Source of the DNA: an uncultured Gammaproteobacteria bacterium
Lineage (GTDB): Bacteria > Patescibacteriota > Patescibacteriia > Veblenbacterales > UBA10138
Reading direction: 5' to 3'
Assembly (NCBI GenBank): GCA_964453605.1
Contig: CAYVOI010000001.1
Location: 102,276-166,275, forward strand
DNA length: 64,000 nt
The position numbers and the translations under genes are program-made. Positions 52,199 to 61,128 of this stretch are shown here, in pieces (the stretch's first letter is position 1; the number at the start of each line of letters is the position of its first letter). Below the pieces are notes generated by a model. It had not been told where the DNA came from. It worked only from the letters and a program-made list of their open reading frames with translations, and did not search any database.

Positions 52199-53401
52199 AT
52201 GCCTAAAAAATCAGTTCGCAAAAAGCCAAAAGCTACTTCTGCTCGGCGTTTGAGTAAACGGGCCAAGGCGAAACCTGCCCGACGGGCAGCCAAGAAGGGC
52301 AAGGTACAAACTCACCTACCCGACCTTGCCGAGGTGCAGAAGCTTATACAGAAGGGGCGCACCCGCGGCTTCATAACCGAAGACGAGGTTTTGGGTGTGT
52401 TTGTAGACGTTGAAGAGTACCCCGTAGCCTACGACGAGTTTTTGGACACCTTGGACCAGAACGGCATCCAAGTTTTGGAGACCGACGGTGGCATTTTAGA
52501 CGTGGGCGCCAAGCGTGACGAAATTTTTGAACGCGTGGGCTTGCCGACCGAGAAAAAACCCTACGATCTCTCCGAAATTTCCACCGACTCCATACAAATG
52601 TACCTTCGCGAAATTGGTAAGGTGCCGCTCTTGAAGGCCGAGGAGGAGGTAGCGCTCGCTAAGCGCAAAGAGAAGGGCGATGCCGAGGCCAAGCGCCGTT
52701 TGATTGAGGCCAACCTGAGGCTGGTGGTTTCCATTGCCAAGAAGTTCACGGGCAAGTCGCTCTCGCTCCTTGACCTTATACAAGAGGGCAACATCGGCAT
52801 GTTCCGCGCCGTGGAGAAGTTTGACTACCGCAAGGGTTACAAGTTTTCTACCTACGCCACCTGGTGGATTCGCCAAGCCATAACCCGCGCCCTGGCTGAC
52901 CAGAGCCGCACCATTCGCATTCCCGTGCACATGGTGGAGACCATCAACCGCTTCCAGCAGGTGGAGCGTCAGCTCATTCAGGACTTGGGCCGGGAGCCGC
53001 TACCCGAGGAAATAGCCGCCGAAATGGGTGAAACGGTGGAAAAAATTCACCACATTATAAAAATCAGTCAAGAAACTATCAGCCTTGAAACTTCAGTGGG
53101 TGAGGATGACGAAGACTCAACCCTGGGGGACTTTATTGAGGACATTAAAACCGTTAGCCCTGACCGCGTGGCCGCCATGCAGTTACTCCGCGATCACGTG
53201 AAAGAGATTGTAGCTGAGCTTACACCCCGGGAGCAGAAGATACTAGAAATGCGTTTTGGCCTACACGACGGCGTCTCCCATACTTTGGAAGAGGTAGGGC
53301 AGGAGTTCGGGGTTACCCGCGAGCGCATTCGCCAGATAGAGGCCAAGGCCCTGGAGCGTATTAAGGCGCACCTTGGCATGCGCAAGTTGCAAGATTACTA
53401 A
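52199..53401 (+). CDS. rpoD: Primary sigma factor RpoD
   Basis: [37 protein letters not shown]. Confidence 0.96.
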   Translation: MPKKSVRKKPKATSARRLSKRAKAKPARRAAKKGKVQTHLPDLAEVQKLIQKGRTRGFITEDEVLGVFVDVEEYPVAYDEFLDTLDQNGIQVLETDGGILDVGAKRDEIFERVGLPTEKKPYDLSEISTDSIQMYLREIGKVPLLKAEEEVALAKRKEKGDAEAKRRLIEANLRLVVSIAKKFTGKSLSLLDLIQEGNIGMFRAVEKFDYRKGYKFSTYATWWIRQAITRALADQSRTIRIPVHMVETINRFQQVERQLIQDLGREPLPEEIAAEMGETVEKIHHIIKISQETISLETSVGEDDEDSTLGDFIEDIKTVSPDRVAAMQLLRDHVKEIVAELTPREQKILEMRFGLHDGVSHTLEEVGQEFGVTRERIRQIEAKALERIKAHLGMRKLQDY

Positions 53402-53407
53402 GGTTGG

Positions 53408-54307
53408 ATGTCGTACGAAAAAGAGCTTAAACTCGCACTCAGGCTCGCCCGACAGGCGAGCCGTTTGACTCTGAAATTCCGGGCTAAGAAATACCGTGTA
53501 CAGTATAAACAAGGTCATTCTCCAGTAACGGTAGCAGACCGCGCCGTAGAGTCTTTGTACGTACGGGGGATTAGGGCAGAGTTCCCCCATGACCGTATAC
53601 TTGGTGAAGAGCACGGTAATCAAAAAGGTAAACCCGGCCGATTTTGGAGTGTAGACCCTATAGACGGCACGGCCGAGTTTATTAGGCCGGGTGGTCATTT
53701 TTCAACGATGATCGCGCTTGTGGTGAGTGGTAAACCAGTACTAGGTGTGATAGCAGCCCCTACCTCTGGTAAGGTTTACTATGCCGTTCGAGGTGAAGGC
53801 GCGTACTTCATTTCGGGTTCTCGCCGCCGCAAGTTAAGCGTACGGCGTAGTGCCAAAAGTATTCACGTTGCTGTGTTCAATAGATCGGTGCATCAAGCTA
53901 CTCAGTCGGAGTACGTGGCTAAAATTCGTGCCCTGGTAGGGCCAAAGCGTACTGTGCCCATAAGTGGCGCTGGACTCATTTTGTGCGCTGTGGCTGAAGG
54001 AAAACTTGATGCAGGTTTAATACCCTACCTTAACATGGGTATTTGGGATGTACTCCCCGGCGAGGTTATTGTTTCTGAAGCCGGAGGTGTTGTGAGAAAT
54101 TGTTTGGGTGGTGTATATAAGCCCCGCTGGGGAGCCTCAGCTGTTCGCTTGGGTGTGGTAGTGGCAAACAAGGTGCTCCTAACAAAAATAGTATCTGAGC
54201 TCCGGCGAGGGGGAGTAGTAAAGCTGCTGCATCAAGAGGCTGAACGCCGCCGTAGGACCATCGAGCTAACTGACAAACACCTTGCCAGGCGTGTCAGGAT
54301 AGTTTAG
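53408..54307 (+). CDS. Inositol monophosphatase/CysQ family
   Basis: VT.AD, GEE, DPIDGT, WD. Confidence 0.88.
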   Translation: MSYEKELKLALRLARQASRLTLKFRAKKYRVQYKQGHSPVTVADRAVESLYVRGIRAEFPHDRILGEEHGNQKGKPGRFWSVDPIDGTAEFIRPGGHFSTMIALVVSGKPVLGVIAAPTSGKVYYAVRGEGAYFISGSRRRKLSVRRSAKSIHVAVFNRSVHQATQSEYVAKIRALVGPKRTVPISGAGLILCAVAEGKLDAGLIPYLNMGIWDVLPGEVIVSEAGGVVRNCLGGVYKPRWGASAVRLGVVVANKVLLTKIVSELRRGGVVKLLHQEAERRRRTIELTDKHLARRVRIV

Positions 54308-54344
54308 GATACGAGAGCGTTCCTAGGGGAACGTCCTTTGATAA

Positions 54345-54374
54345 TCCGGGGTAGTCCGCCGCGGCGGACAGTGG
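54345..54374 (+). repeat. 5' tRNA-Asn fragment interrupted by palindrome tccgccgcggcgga
   Basis: tccggggtag[palindrome]cagtgg versus intact tccggggtag-ct-cagtgg. Confidence 0.75.
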
Positions 54375-54381
54375 ACTGTTT

Positions 54382-54627
54382 ATGTATTTTGTTTACGTTT
54401 TACGAAGTAAATTTGGTAAACTTTATATTGGCCACACGAATAATTTAGAGCGCCGGGTGGCCGAGCATAACCTAGGATTCTCGCGGTATACTTCGAGAGT
54501 CGCAGGCCCGTGGGCATTGGTCTATAAGGAGCCATTTAATACCAGAAGTGGGGCTATGAAACGTGAACGTGAGTTGAAAACTGGTAAGGGTAGAGATTAC
54601 TTGAAAAATTTTTTACACATATGTTAA
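54382..54627 (+). CDS. Small stand-alone GIY-YIG nuclease
   Basis: YFVYVL, LYIG.T.NL.RR..EHN, A..RE..LK. Confidence 0.92.
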   Translation: MYFVYVLRSKFGKLYIGHTNNLERRVAEHNLGFSRYTSRVAGPWALVYKEPFNTRSGAMKRERELKTGKGRDYLKNFLHIC

Positions 54628-54639
54628 CCCCAGCACTGC

Positions 54640-54711
54640 TCCGGGGTAGCTCAGTGGTAGAGCAATCGGCTGTTAACCGATTGGCCGTGGGTTCGAATCC
54701 CACCCCCGGAG
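54640..54711 (+). tRNA. tRNA-Asn (GTT), CCA not encoded
   Basis: tccgggg/ccccgga; atcgg-ctGTTaa-ccgat; GGTTCGAATCC. Confidence 0.95.
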
Positions 54712-54730
54712 CAGTGCTGGGGTTGTTGAC

Positions 54731-54799
54731 CTCAGGGTAGAGTCCGCCATAGGCGGATTAATCCATTGGTCGTGGGTTCGAATCCCACCCCCGGAGCCA
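54731..54799 (+). pseudogene. 3' tRNA-Asn fragment with palindrome tccgccataggcgga; contains the left att site
   Basis: ctcag-ggtagag[palindrome]ttaatccattggtcgtgggttcgaatcccacccccggagCCA. Confidence 0.8.
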
Positions 54800-56395
54800 T
54801 CGTGTACGAACCGCGTTGAGAGACGCGGTTTGTGCTTTATTTATCGGCGTTTTCGCCGGTTCTAACCTCTTGTACTCAAACTCGAGCTTAGGATAGCGTT
54901 TTTCGATTGGTGCTAGCAGTTCATTGGCTGTAATCGCGAATTTTCCATCCTTTAGCGTTGGGTTCGAACCTAATAGCAGCAGTATCTCGCGCTTCTTACG
55001 CAGGTCATCGCCCTCAAACTCGCGCTTCGCACTGGCTGCGAAGTTGAAGGTTTGCTCGCACACGCTGAGCCACTTGTCCGCTCGGTCTTCAGTGGAATTA
55101 GCTAATGCCTTGAACTTTTCAATCTCGGTATTCAGGCGATCTCGCTCTTTTAGGTACTCTTCGTCCGAGAGCAGGCCCTTGCAGCGCAGGCGCACCAGCT
55201 CGTCGCGCTGCTGATAGGCCGAGGCCAGGGCTTTCTGCTGCGAGTCGTAGATTTTCTTGCGTTCTTCCGTTTCCTGGCCGTGGTTTTTATGTATGGCCTC
55301 AATAGCCCAATCCCCGAACTCCGGCAGAATGGTGTATTTTGCCAACTCGTCCGCGATTTGCTCCTCTAGTTTATCTTGCGTAATACACTGGTGTTGTGAG
55401 CAGGGTGGTTCGATTTTCCTCCAGGTGCAGTGGTAGTAGGTGTAGGATTTGAGCTGGCCGGTGGCCTTGATGTGTTTTGTCTTGGTTTCGGCCGTAATCA
55501 AGCAGCCGCACTCACCGCAGCGGATAATGCCGGTAAAAGGGAACTCATGCCGGTGCGGCCGGGCTTGTGACGGTCGTCCGAGGATGCGCTGGGCTTCATA
55601 GAACTCACCTTCAGTCACCATAGGCTTGTGTTTGCCTGGGTACCGCTTGCCGTTGACCTCCAGCACGCCCATATAGAAACTGTTACTGAAGATGCGGTAT
55701 AGTCCGCTCAGCGACAGCGGCCGGTTGCCGACCTTATGCCGCTGTTGCGTCCTGAACCCCCACTGGTTGTTTGCCATGCCGAGTATCTGTTTAGGCGAGT
55801 GCGCGCCCGTTAGTAACAAGTCCCACATCTTACGTACCAATGGAAACCGCTCTGGGTCGATGTCGATAGTCTTCTGGCCCTTCTGTTGGTCGGTGCGGTT
55901 CAGGTACCCTATGTTGGCCACGCCGGGCTTCCAGCCCATGGATAGCTTTTTATCAAGCCCTCGCTTCACGTCCTTGCTGAGTTTGGCCGAGGAGTACTGC
56001 GACTGCGACAGCGCCAGCTGCAGCATCATGATGCCCTCAGGCGAGTTATCAAAATGGTACGAGGCGAACTTGAGATCCTTGAGGTGGCCCGTGCGCAGCA
56101 TGTAGGTGATAGTGGCTGCCTCTATCTCATTACGAGACAATCGATCCGGGTGCCACGCTACGATGCCTTGTGCCTCGCCTTTGTTGATCCGTTCAATCAT
56201 AGCGGCGAACACCGGCCGGTTGTGGGGCGTAAAGGCACTGCGGCTTTCCTCCAGCACGTCTACTATCTCTAGGTTGCCGAACAGCTTTTCGGCCTGGTCT
56301 TTTTGCGACTCGATTGATAACACCTGCCGTTCCGCCTCCTCAGAGGACTTACGGGCGTACAGGAAGTATTTAACCATTGGTTCGCTCATACTCAT
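54758..56395 (-). CDS. Large serine recombinase (resolvase, recombinase, Zn-ribbon and coiled-coil domains)
   Basis: YARKSS catalytic motif, DRLSRN, C..CG..YYHC. Confidence 0.95.
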   Translation of the reverse strand: MSMSEPMVKYFLYARKSSEEAERQVLSIESQKDQAEKLFGNLEIVDVLEESRSAFTPHNRPVFAAMIERINKGEAQGIVAWHPDRLSRNEIEAATITYMLRTGHLKDLKFASYHFDNSPEGIMMLQLALSQSQYSSAKLSKDVKRGLDKKLSMGWKPGVANIGYLNRTDQQKGQKTIDIDPERFPLVRKMWDLLLTGAHSPKQILGMANNQWGFRTQQRHKVGNRPLSLSGLYRIFSNSFYMGVLEVNGKRYPGKHKPMVTEGEFYEAQRILGRPSQARPHRHEFPFTGIIRCGECGCLITAETKTKHIKATGQLKSYTYYHCTWRKIEPPCSQHQCITQDKLEEQIADELAKYTILPEFGDWAIEAIHKNHGQETEERKKIYDSQQKALASAYQQRDELVRLRCKGLLSDEEYLKERDRLNTEIEKFKALANSTEDRADKWLSVCEQTFNFAASAKREFEGDDLRKKREILLLLGSNPTLKDGKFAITANELLAPIEKRYPKLEFEYKRLEPAKTPINKAQTASLNAVRTRWLRGWDSNPRPMD

Positions 56396-56553
56396 GTCGG
56401 TTAATAATCAAAAGGGACGGCTCTGTGGTTGACCCAACGCACATCCCAGAGGAATGCTCTGTTGGCACAGAGACCGCCCCTTTCGAGGCAACAGAGCGCA
56501 AAAAACTCTGGGACATAGTTATGCGGAGGGTCAACATGGGTATTATAGTATGG

Positions 56554-56790
56554 TTAGACTAAGTTGACGAGCCGACCGGCTGCGACCCTGTGTTTATCTC
56601 GTATCGGTAGGATTATCACTCCGAGCCCACTGAGTGCTATGTCTGCCCCTAGGGTCTCAAGGCTCGGGTAGCTCTTCGTGCCTGCCAAGTAGAGCCCACT
56701 AGTTTTGTCGAACAGGACGACGCCAACGTCAGCGTCATTGCTGCCAACGAGGCCTTCGAGCTTTTTCAGCTTTAGCTTAGTAACTGACAT
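56554..56790 (-). CDS. Hypothetical protein
   Basis: Tightly packed in the element's minus-strand operon. Confidence 0.55.
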   Translation of the reverse strand: MSVTKLKLKKLEGLVGSNDADVGVVLFDKTSGLYLAGTKSYPSLETLGADIALSGLGVIILPIRDKHRVAAGRLVNLV

Positions 56791-56793
56791 ATG

Positions 56794-57162
56794 TTATTGC
56801 CTGAGTTTAAGAATCTTCTGCTCCAGGGCGTCGAAACGCTCCTCGAGCTCTGACAGCTCCAACGCTTTCAGGAGGTGTCCAGACAGGAATCCAATGGAGT
56901 TTGCCACCCTGAGGTCGAGGCTGCCCATCCGCACGCGGTTTACCGTATCCTCCAGCAGTTGTACCACGTCGCCGGACTTGTTGGCCGTGATAGGTGGCAG
57001 CGGCTCCTTCACCCTGGCACGGTTAGCTTGGCCGCCCTTAACATGAGCCGCATGTTTCATTTCCACCGATACGGCTGGGTTGTGGTAGAAGCAGTAGTCA
57101 CTCCCCGTCATGGGACTGGCACCACACGGCTCACCATCGTCTTTTAGCTGTTTACACGTCAT
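56794..57162 (-). CDS. Small Zn-finger protein of phage/satellite type
   Basis: C-x9-C-x10-C-x2-H then GG; helical C-terminus ELEERF..LE. Confidence 0.7.
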   Translation of the reverse strand: MTCKQLKDDGEPCGASPMTGSDYCFYHNPAVSVEMKHAAHVKGGQANRARVKEPLPPITANKSGDVVQLLEDTVNRVRMGSLDLRVANSIGFLSGHLLKALELSELEERFDALEQKILKLRQ

Positions 57163-57171
57163 AGTGTTGAC

Positions 57172-58524
57172 CTAGTTAGCTTGGGGTACACCCACTTTAC
57201 CTTTGTACCCCCAAAAAGGCAGTCCGTTAGCTGAATCGGCGGTTTGCCCAGCTTCGTTTGACTCAGTTGGAGTTGCTACCCCACCCTCGCCACCACTATT
57301 GTTTTCTGGCGTAGATATAGTGGTTGGCACAGTGGGGTAAATGAGCCTTTTGCGCTTGTCGGTGGGGTCGTCTTCCTGGGTGATAAGCCCGGCCGTCTCC
57401 AGCATGGGTATGATTTGCTGTCTGAGCTGCTGGCTGTCGAGCATCCGGCCGTACACCCCGTGGTGCTTCTCCAGCACCTCCTGGCGGGTGAGGCCCTGGT
57501 TTTCCACCCCGGGAGCCTGCTTCGCTTCCCAGGCCACGAGGATGACTTCGCGGTACAGCTGGTACACGTAGGGCGGCAGGTTGAGTTCCTGGCTTTCTGA
57601 AATGCTGTCCCAGATGCGAAAGCCGTCAGCCACGTCTTGCTCGCTGGCCGTAATGGTGAACTCCGAGCGTTCCCGCCACCACAGGTTCAGGAGGGCCAAA
57701 GCCTTGATAATCGAGATGAGCCGGCTAATGTCGCGCTGGTGCCTAGGTTTTAGCATCCTGGCTTGCCCCATGAACCGCTCGGCTATAACTTCAGGCAACT
57801 TCAGCTTGATTTCCTCTATGCCAGCGTCCCTGATGGCTTGTATGCGCTCCTGTAGCAGCTTACGGGCCGGGTCAGCCGCGAGCCAGGCTAGGTAGGCGTC
57901 GCGGTCGGCCTCTTTGCGCACCTTTTCGCTGATGCCCTGCCTGAGCTTGTCCTGGTTCACCTCTGGGCTTAAGAGCAGGAACCGGGTGGCCTCCTGTTCG
58001 TCGATTTTGAGCCCGGCGGTGCAGAATATCACGGCCGGGTACCCCTTCAGGACCACGTTCTTGGTCCTTAGGCCGTACTTTTGGTTCTTGTCCGTGATTT
58101 TGAGGCGCACCTCCTTCTTGTCGTGCGACAGGAGCGGTCGCAGACGCTCCAGCAGTTGGGTGTGGGGCTGGTCAAGGAAAATGAGCACCTTGCGCGACAG
58201 GTCAACCACGTACCCACCTAGTTCTTTGTTGTACTCCCCCGTGTCGTGGAAAAAAGCCGTGGGTGAACAGTACCCTATCTCCTTAACGTCCTCAGCTGGG
58301 AACAGCCGGGCGACCTCGGTTGGGATGTACGATTTACCTGTTGAGGAAGGGGCGTTATAGCTGATGTTGAACTGGGCATTATCGGTATACGCCGACAGCT
58401 CGCACAGGAACGTTACCACCTTGTTCTGCTCATCCTGCTTAATGGTGAGGCCGAGGATTTGAGCCAGCTCTTCAACGCTCAAGGGCTGGAACTGGTTAGT
58501 CTGTTCGTCGGTTGTCATACTCAT
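57172..58524 (-). CDS. P-loop (AAA+/MCM-like) ATPase with C-terminal winged helix; putative replication protein
   Basis: APSSTGKS Walker A, LIFLDQ, EATRF, PR..RD, L..AGLI...D..DKR. Confidence 0.7.
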   Translation of the reverse strand: MSMTTDEQTNQFQPLSVEELAQILGLTIKQDEQNKVVTFLCELSAYTDNAQFNISYNAPSSTGKSYIPTEVARLFPAEDVKEIGYCSPTAFFHDTGEYNKELGGYVVDLSRKVLIFLDQPHTQLLERLRPLLSHDKKEVRLKITDKNQKYGLRTKNVVLKGYPAVIFCTAGLKIDEQEATRFLLLSPEVNQDKLRQGISEKVRKEADRDAYLAWLAADPARKLLQERIQAIRDAGIEEIKLKLPEVIAERFMGQARMLKPRHQRDISRLISIIKALALLNLWWRERSEFTITASEQDVADGFRIWDSISESQELNLPPYVYQLYREVILVAWEAKQAPGVENQGLTRQEVLEKHHGVYGRMLDSQQLRQQIIPMLETAGLITQEDDPTDKRKRLIYPTVPTTISTPENNSGGEGGVATPTESNEAGQTADSANGLPFWGYKGKVGVPQAN

Positions 58525-58675
58525 TTTGGTTAATGGTTTTGAACTTAAGGTGGTGTTCGAACTCCTTCTGCAGCAGCCTGAAGCGGTTCTGCGCCTCGGC
58601 CAACTGCCACCTCAGGTCGCTGATGTGGTCGAGCACGGCGTTGATGTCATCGGCTATTTGGCTAGCTTTACGCAT
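58496..58675 (-). CDS. Small coiled-coil hypothetical protein
   Basis: Overlaps both neighbours; likely start MRKASQ. Confidence 0.45.
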   Translation of the reverse strand: MRKASQIADDINAVLDHISDLRWQLAEAQNRFRLLQKEFEHHLKFKTINQNEYDNRRTD

Positions 58676-58856
58676 GAGGTTGGGGTGATAATGGTAATTG
58701 GGCAAGGTCGGCTTCGGTAATAGGCTGGTATATGAGCTGCATCAAACGAACCAGCTTAGTGCCCTGCTCCAACGCCTGTTCACGGCTAATCTCACGGCCG
58801 AAGCGGGCGTGGTATAACTTTTGAAAAGCGGCGATTTGTTCGTCCGATAGGTGCAT
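58668..58856 (-). CDS. Small helical protein, first gene of the element operon
   Basis: LSDEQI..FQ.LY...FG.EIS.E.A pattern. Confidence 0.7.
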   Translation of the reverse strand: MHLSDEQIAAFQKLYHARFGREISREQALEQGTKLVRLMQLIYQPITEADLAQLPLSPQPHA

Positions 58857-58885
58857 AAAAAAATCCCCTCTGATGAAGGGGGTTT
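58857..58885 (-). terminator. Terminator/attenuator directly before ATG 58856
   Basis: - strand aaacccccttcatcagaggggattttttt. Confidence 0.65.
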
Positions 58886-59518
58886 ATTTACTGACGACAA
58901 CAGAAAACAACCCCACTTGGGCTATTCTCCGTTTGCGACCTCGGAAGGGCTAAGCTCGGCCCTCAGAAAGCAGACAACAGTTCACGTGCTGCCTTAATGC
59001 GACAAGATGTAGTGCCGGTCATTTCCCTCCGATGCCCACTGAGTGAACCAGTGACCATACCCACGGTATGGTATCCGCGCTAAAGAAGCGTGAACGTACC
59101 GGATAAGGCACTACTACCGCGTACGCGACAGGCCAGGTATGTAAGGGCCCGGCTCGCCGTACTGCATTATAGGGTTAATAAAGGAACTCTAGTGGTTGGA
59201 TTCGTTTACTAAACTTAGTCATACCACAGTTTCCGAAAGTACCCAAGGTAACCTTTATCCACACCTACCAAGATACCTATCAAGAAATAAATTGAGCTTG
59301 AATTTTGCTGTAACTTCTGGTAAAATTTTACATGCAAGTATACAAGTATAATAGCCTAAACCTAGGTAGCCCTAGGCATGGCTCAAAAACTCATGGTAGA
59401 TACTGAACCTCACGTTCAGCAGCTCTACCATGAGTCATGTCCCGAAAGGGGTATGGGCCGCAAGGCCAGCTGACGTGGGGTTTTGTGTACCCCACACCTA
59501 AGCCTTAATTACCTCCCT

Positions 59519-59731
59519 ATGAGTCTCAAAACCTGGATTGGGCAGCTCTACAGTACACCACTGAACCTACTACTGGCCGTGGCTGCGCTGCTCGTCATTC
59601 TTTACTACGGCACTCATCTCTATGACTGGTTCCGACCGCAGACATACCAGGAGAAGTACATGCACTGTCTGGAACTTGGTAGTGATGCGCGGGCTGGAGC
59701 ATGCGTGAAGCTCCTTAAGGGTCAAAACTAA
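59519..59731 (+). CDS. Small membrane protein (70 aa)
   Basis: One TM segment and a Cys pair; preceded by a structured leader. Confidence 0.6.
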   Translation: MSLKTWIGQLYSTPLNLLLAVAALLVILYYGTHLYDWFRPQTYQEKYMHCLELGSDARAGACVKLLKGQN

Positions 59732-59743
59732 GTCTCAACCACT

Positions 59744-60433
59744 ATGCTTAAGAAGATTCTTCAGTTTTTGGGCGGCGCTGGTGTGGCAATAGGCATGATT
59801 TTGCTCCTGGCCATCCCTTTTTTCCTGGCGGGTTGGTACGAAAATCACTTTGACAGCTTCTACCCTTGGTTCGTTGCCATCCCTGGCATAGGCATTTGGG
59901 TGGTCATTTTCAGCATAGTGGCATCACTCGTCCCTCGGTTCAGAAAGTTCACGGGTTCGACTCTAGTGTTCTGTTCATGGGCATTTGGTGCCGCACTCTG
60001 GCTTGTTAATCTGTATGTATCACTAGTCACCCTCGGTCGAGTGTGGACGATAGTTGGTATCTTCTGTATGGGTATTGGTGTGTTTGTTACTGCTAGCATT
60101 GGTCTATTCCTAAGCGATAGGTCAACCGATGTCTGGCTCATGCTCTTCTACCTGGCTATTATTTACGGCCTGCGGATGTTTGGGTTGTTCATTGCTAGTA
60201 AGTACCGCTCCACAAAAAAATCAACTCGACCTCCACAGACTATGGGCCTTAATGTAAGAGAATCCGAGCACGTTGCGGACAGAAAGTTGATTGCCCTCAT
60301 CTCAACGAAAGGCAAAACCGCTGAGAAAGTATCAGCTGATACAATGGGAGCTATACAAAAATACTATGATACTATCTCTAGTCCACAAAAATCCTCGTCC
60401 AGCCCACGAAAAGGTACTGAAGACCAAAACTAG
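59744..60433 (+). CDS. Hypothetical polytopic membrane protein
   Basis: About five TM segments and a basic tail. Confidence 0.7.
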   Translation: MLKKILQFLGGAGVAIGMILLLAIPFFLAGWYENHFDSFYPWFVAIPGIGIWVVIFSIVASLVPRFRKFTGSTLVFCSWAFGAALWLVNLYVSLVTLGRVWTIVGIFCMGIGVFVTASIGLFLSDRSTDVWLMLFYLAIIYGLRMFGLFIASKYRSTKKSTRPPQTMGLNVRESEHVADRKLIALISTKGKTAEKVSADTMGAIQKYYDTISSPQKSSSSPRKGTEDQN

Positions 60434-61128
60434 CCTCTCGGGCTATTTTGGGGTATACTTATCCACAGTCTCTCAAATACCCCCTCTCAGCTACATGCCT
60501 AAGGGTTGACAAAAAACCATAATCCACCTAAGGTACCGTAGCCATTGGGCATTTTGGATTTACTTCATAAAGAAAAGCTCCGTCGCTTTTCTGAGACAAC
60601 GAAGCTTTTCTCGTGAAAACTAGAGGTCGTCTTTACAGGCGACTTCTTTGTTTTTCCTGCGCTCCCAGTAATCTGGGATAGCTGGAAAACAGAAGGCCCG
60701 TTTGCCAACCTCTCGGGCATACAACCTCCGTCCGTTACGGAGCGTAATGTATGGCCGACAAACAATGTTTGTCATTGTTTTTGCGGTTAACCCATTTAGC
60801 TAGCTACATCGACCATCACTAGCTAGGGCTTCAGGGTAATTTAGCTCCTAGGGGAAGTTAATATGTAAACCTCTCCCCAATAGCCAAATGAAAAACCTGC
60901 ACCGAGTTCTGGCGTAGTGCGAGTTCCCTTTTCAGGGAATACGCACGAGGCGTATTGGTACTTTTGGTAACACTACGCCAGGACTCAACACAGGTTTTGC
61001 CTGTGGGAACTCTTTAGAACTTAACGGGGTACCAGCCCGTGCTTTGGAAAGAACTACTATAATAATAGCACGGGCTTAGAAGCCATGCAAATAGGATTGC
61101 TTAGCTTCAAATTACTTTTAGGGCTATA

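Noticed and set aside
59389-59435. Retron msd-like hairpin
   Set aside because: No reverse transcriptase in the window.
58857-59731. Divergent type I toxin-antitoxin pair
   Set aside because: No extended complementarity between the two divergent RNAs found by eye; kept only as separate structured leaders.
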